Assembly (NCBI GenBank): GCA_965219095.1
Contig: OZ244719.1
Location: forward strand, 416,001 to 480,000
DNA: 64,000 nt
Source: Bdellovibrionales bacterium
GTDB taxonomy: Bacteria; Bdellovibrionota; Bdellovibrionia; Bdellovibrionales; UBA1609
Direction of reading: 5' to 3'
Shown: positions 63,635-64,000 of the stretch, piece by piece
How the letters are laid out: each line of letters opens with the position of its first letter
Numbering within the stretch: position 1 is the first letter of the stretch
The notes under the pieces: generated by a model
What the model was told of the DNA's origin: nothing
The model's database searches: none
What the model saw: the letters and a program-made list of their open reading frames with translations, nothing else
Translations under genes and position numbers: made by a program

Positions 63635-64000
63635 ATGTATGAAGCAAAAAACAAAAAAAGAGTTCTTATGAAGATAGAAGCACCTCAAAACCTTGTAAGC
63701 TTAAAAGCTCAAATCCAGACCCTTACTTCTCCAGAATTTAGAAACTCCTCTATACATGAAGAAAAAGAAATCGATCTCCTGGATGTTATGAAAAAAAATC
63801 AAATAGCCTATTTCCAGTTGAATTTAAACAGCTATGGTTTTTTAGGTAAGAAAATCGGTAAAATTCTAGTTCAAGATCTAAAGGTTATAAGCTCTCAGAT
63901 TCAATCAGGACAAGTGGATTTTAAGCCTTTACTTTTAGGGGTCTTGATTGATGAATTTGGATCTTTTGCTACACCTGATTTTTCAGATTTTTTAAAGCAA
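63635..64000 (+). CDS. N-terminally truncated coupling-protein (TraD C-terminal) homolog, runs off the window
   Basis: AAGGAG RBS; MYEAKNKKRVLMKIEAPQNLVSLKAQ..IAYFQLN..VQDLKVISSQI..LIDEFGSFATPDFSDFLKQ. Confidence 0.8.
   Translation, partial: MYEAKNKKRVLMKIEAPQNLVSLKAQIQTLTSPEFRNSSIHEEKEIDLLDVMKKNQIAYFQLNLNSYGFLGKKIGKILVQDLKVISSQIQSGQVDFKPLLLGVLIDEFGSFATPDFSDFLKQ

Overview
AT-rich accessory region with no housekeeping, rRNA, tRNA or CRISPR features. It is built as a tandem array of integrative elements that all appear to target a type IVa pilin gene. Five leaderless pilin 3' cassettes occur at 7991-8416 +, 33481-33894 +, 52286-52705 + (missed by the ORF track), 57895-58341 + and 58429-58869 -. 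All begin at the same ~96-bp core (TTATAGGAATTCTTGCAGCA..., encoding IGILAA[V/F]AIPAFDGFRKKARS[G/S]EAKTNLGAL) and diverge afterwards. Three are followed by a terminator, a convergent tyrosine integrase, an excisionase-like HTH gene, a large nested inverted-repeat structure and a TraD/VirD4-like coupling gene, intact or decayed. The core-to-core units are about 25.5 kb (Druantia-like cargo), 18.8 kb (N6-MTase + PLD-SNF2 helicase, Schlafen/AlbA ATPase, SDH_sah protease) and 5.6 kb (minimal, decayed). A further unit tail lies at the left, and an inverted unit runs off the right edge. The inferred model is integrase-driven pilin swapping (receptor or antigenic conversion) coupled to anti-phage cargo; the expressed pilin 5' end is not in the window. 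IS66, ISL3 and IS630 elements, IS scars, pseudogenes and a 4.5-kb inverted duplication are also present. The pilin and DUF4423-like genes hint at a Bdellovibrionota-like host (inference only). Family calls come from motif recognition, not database searches.
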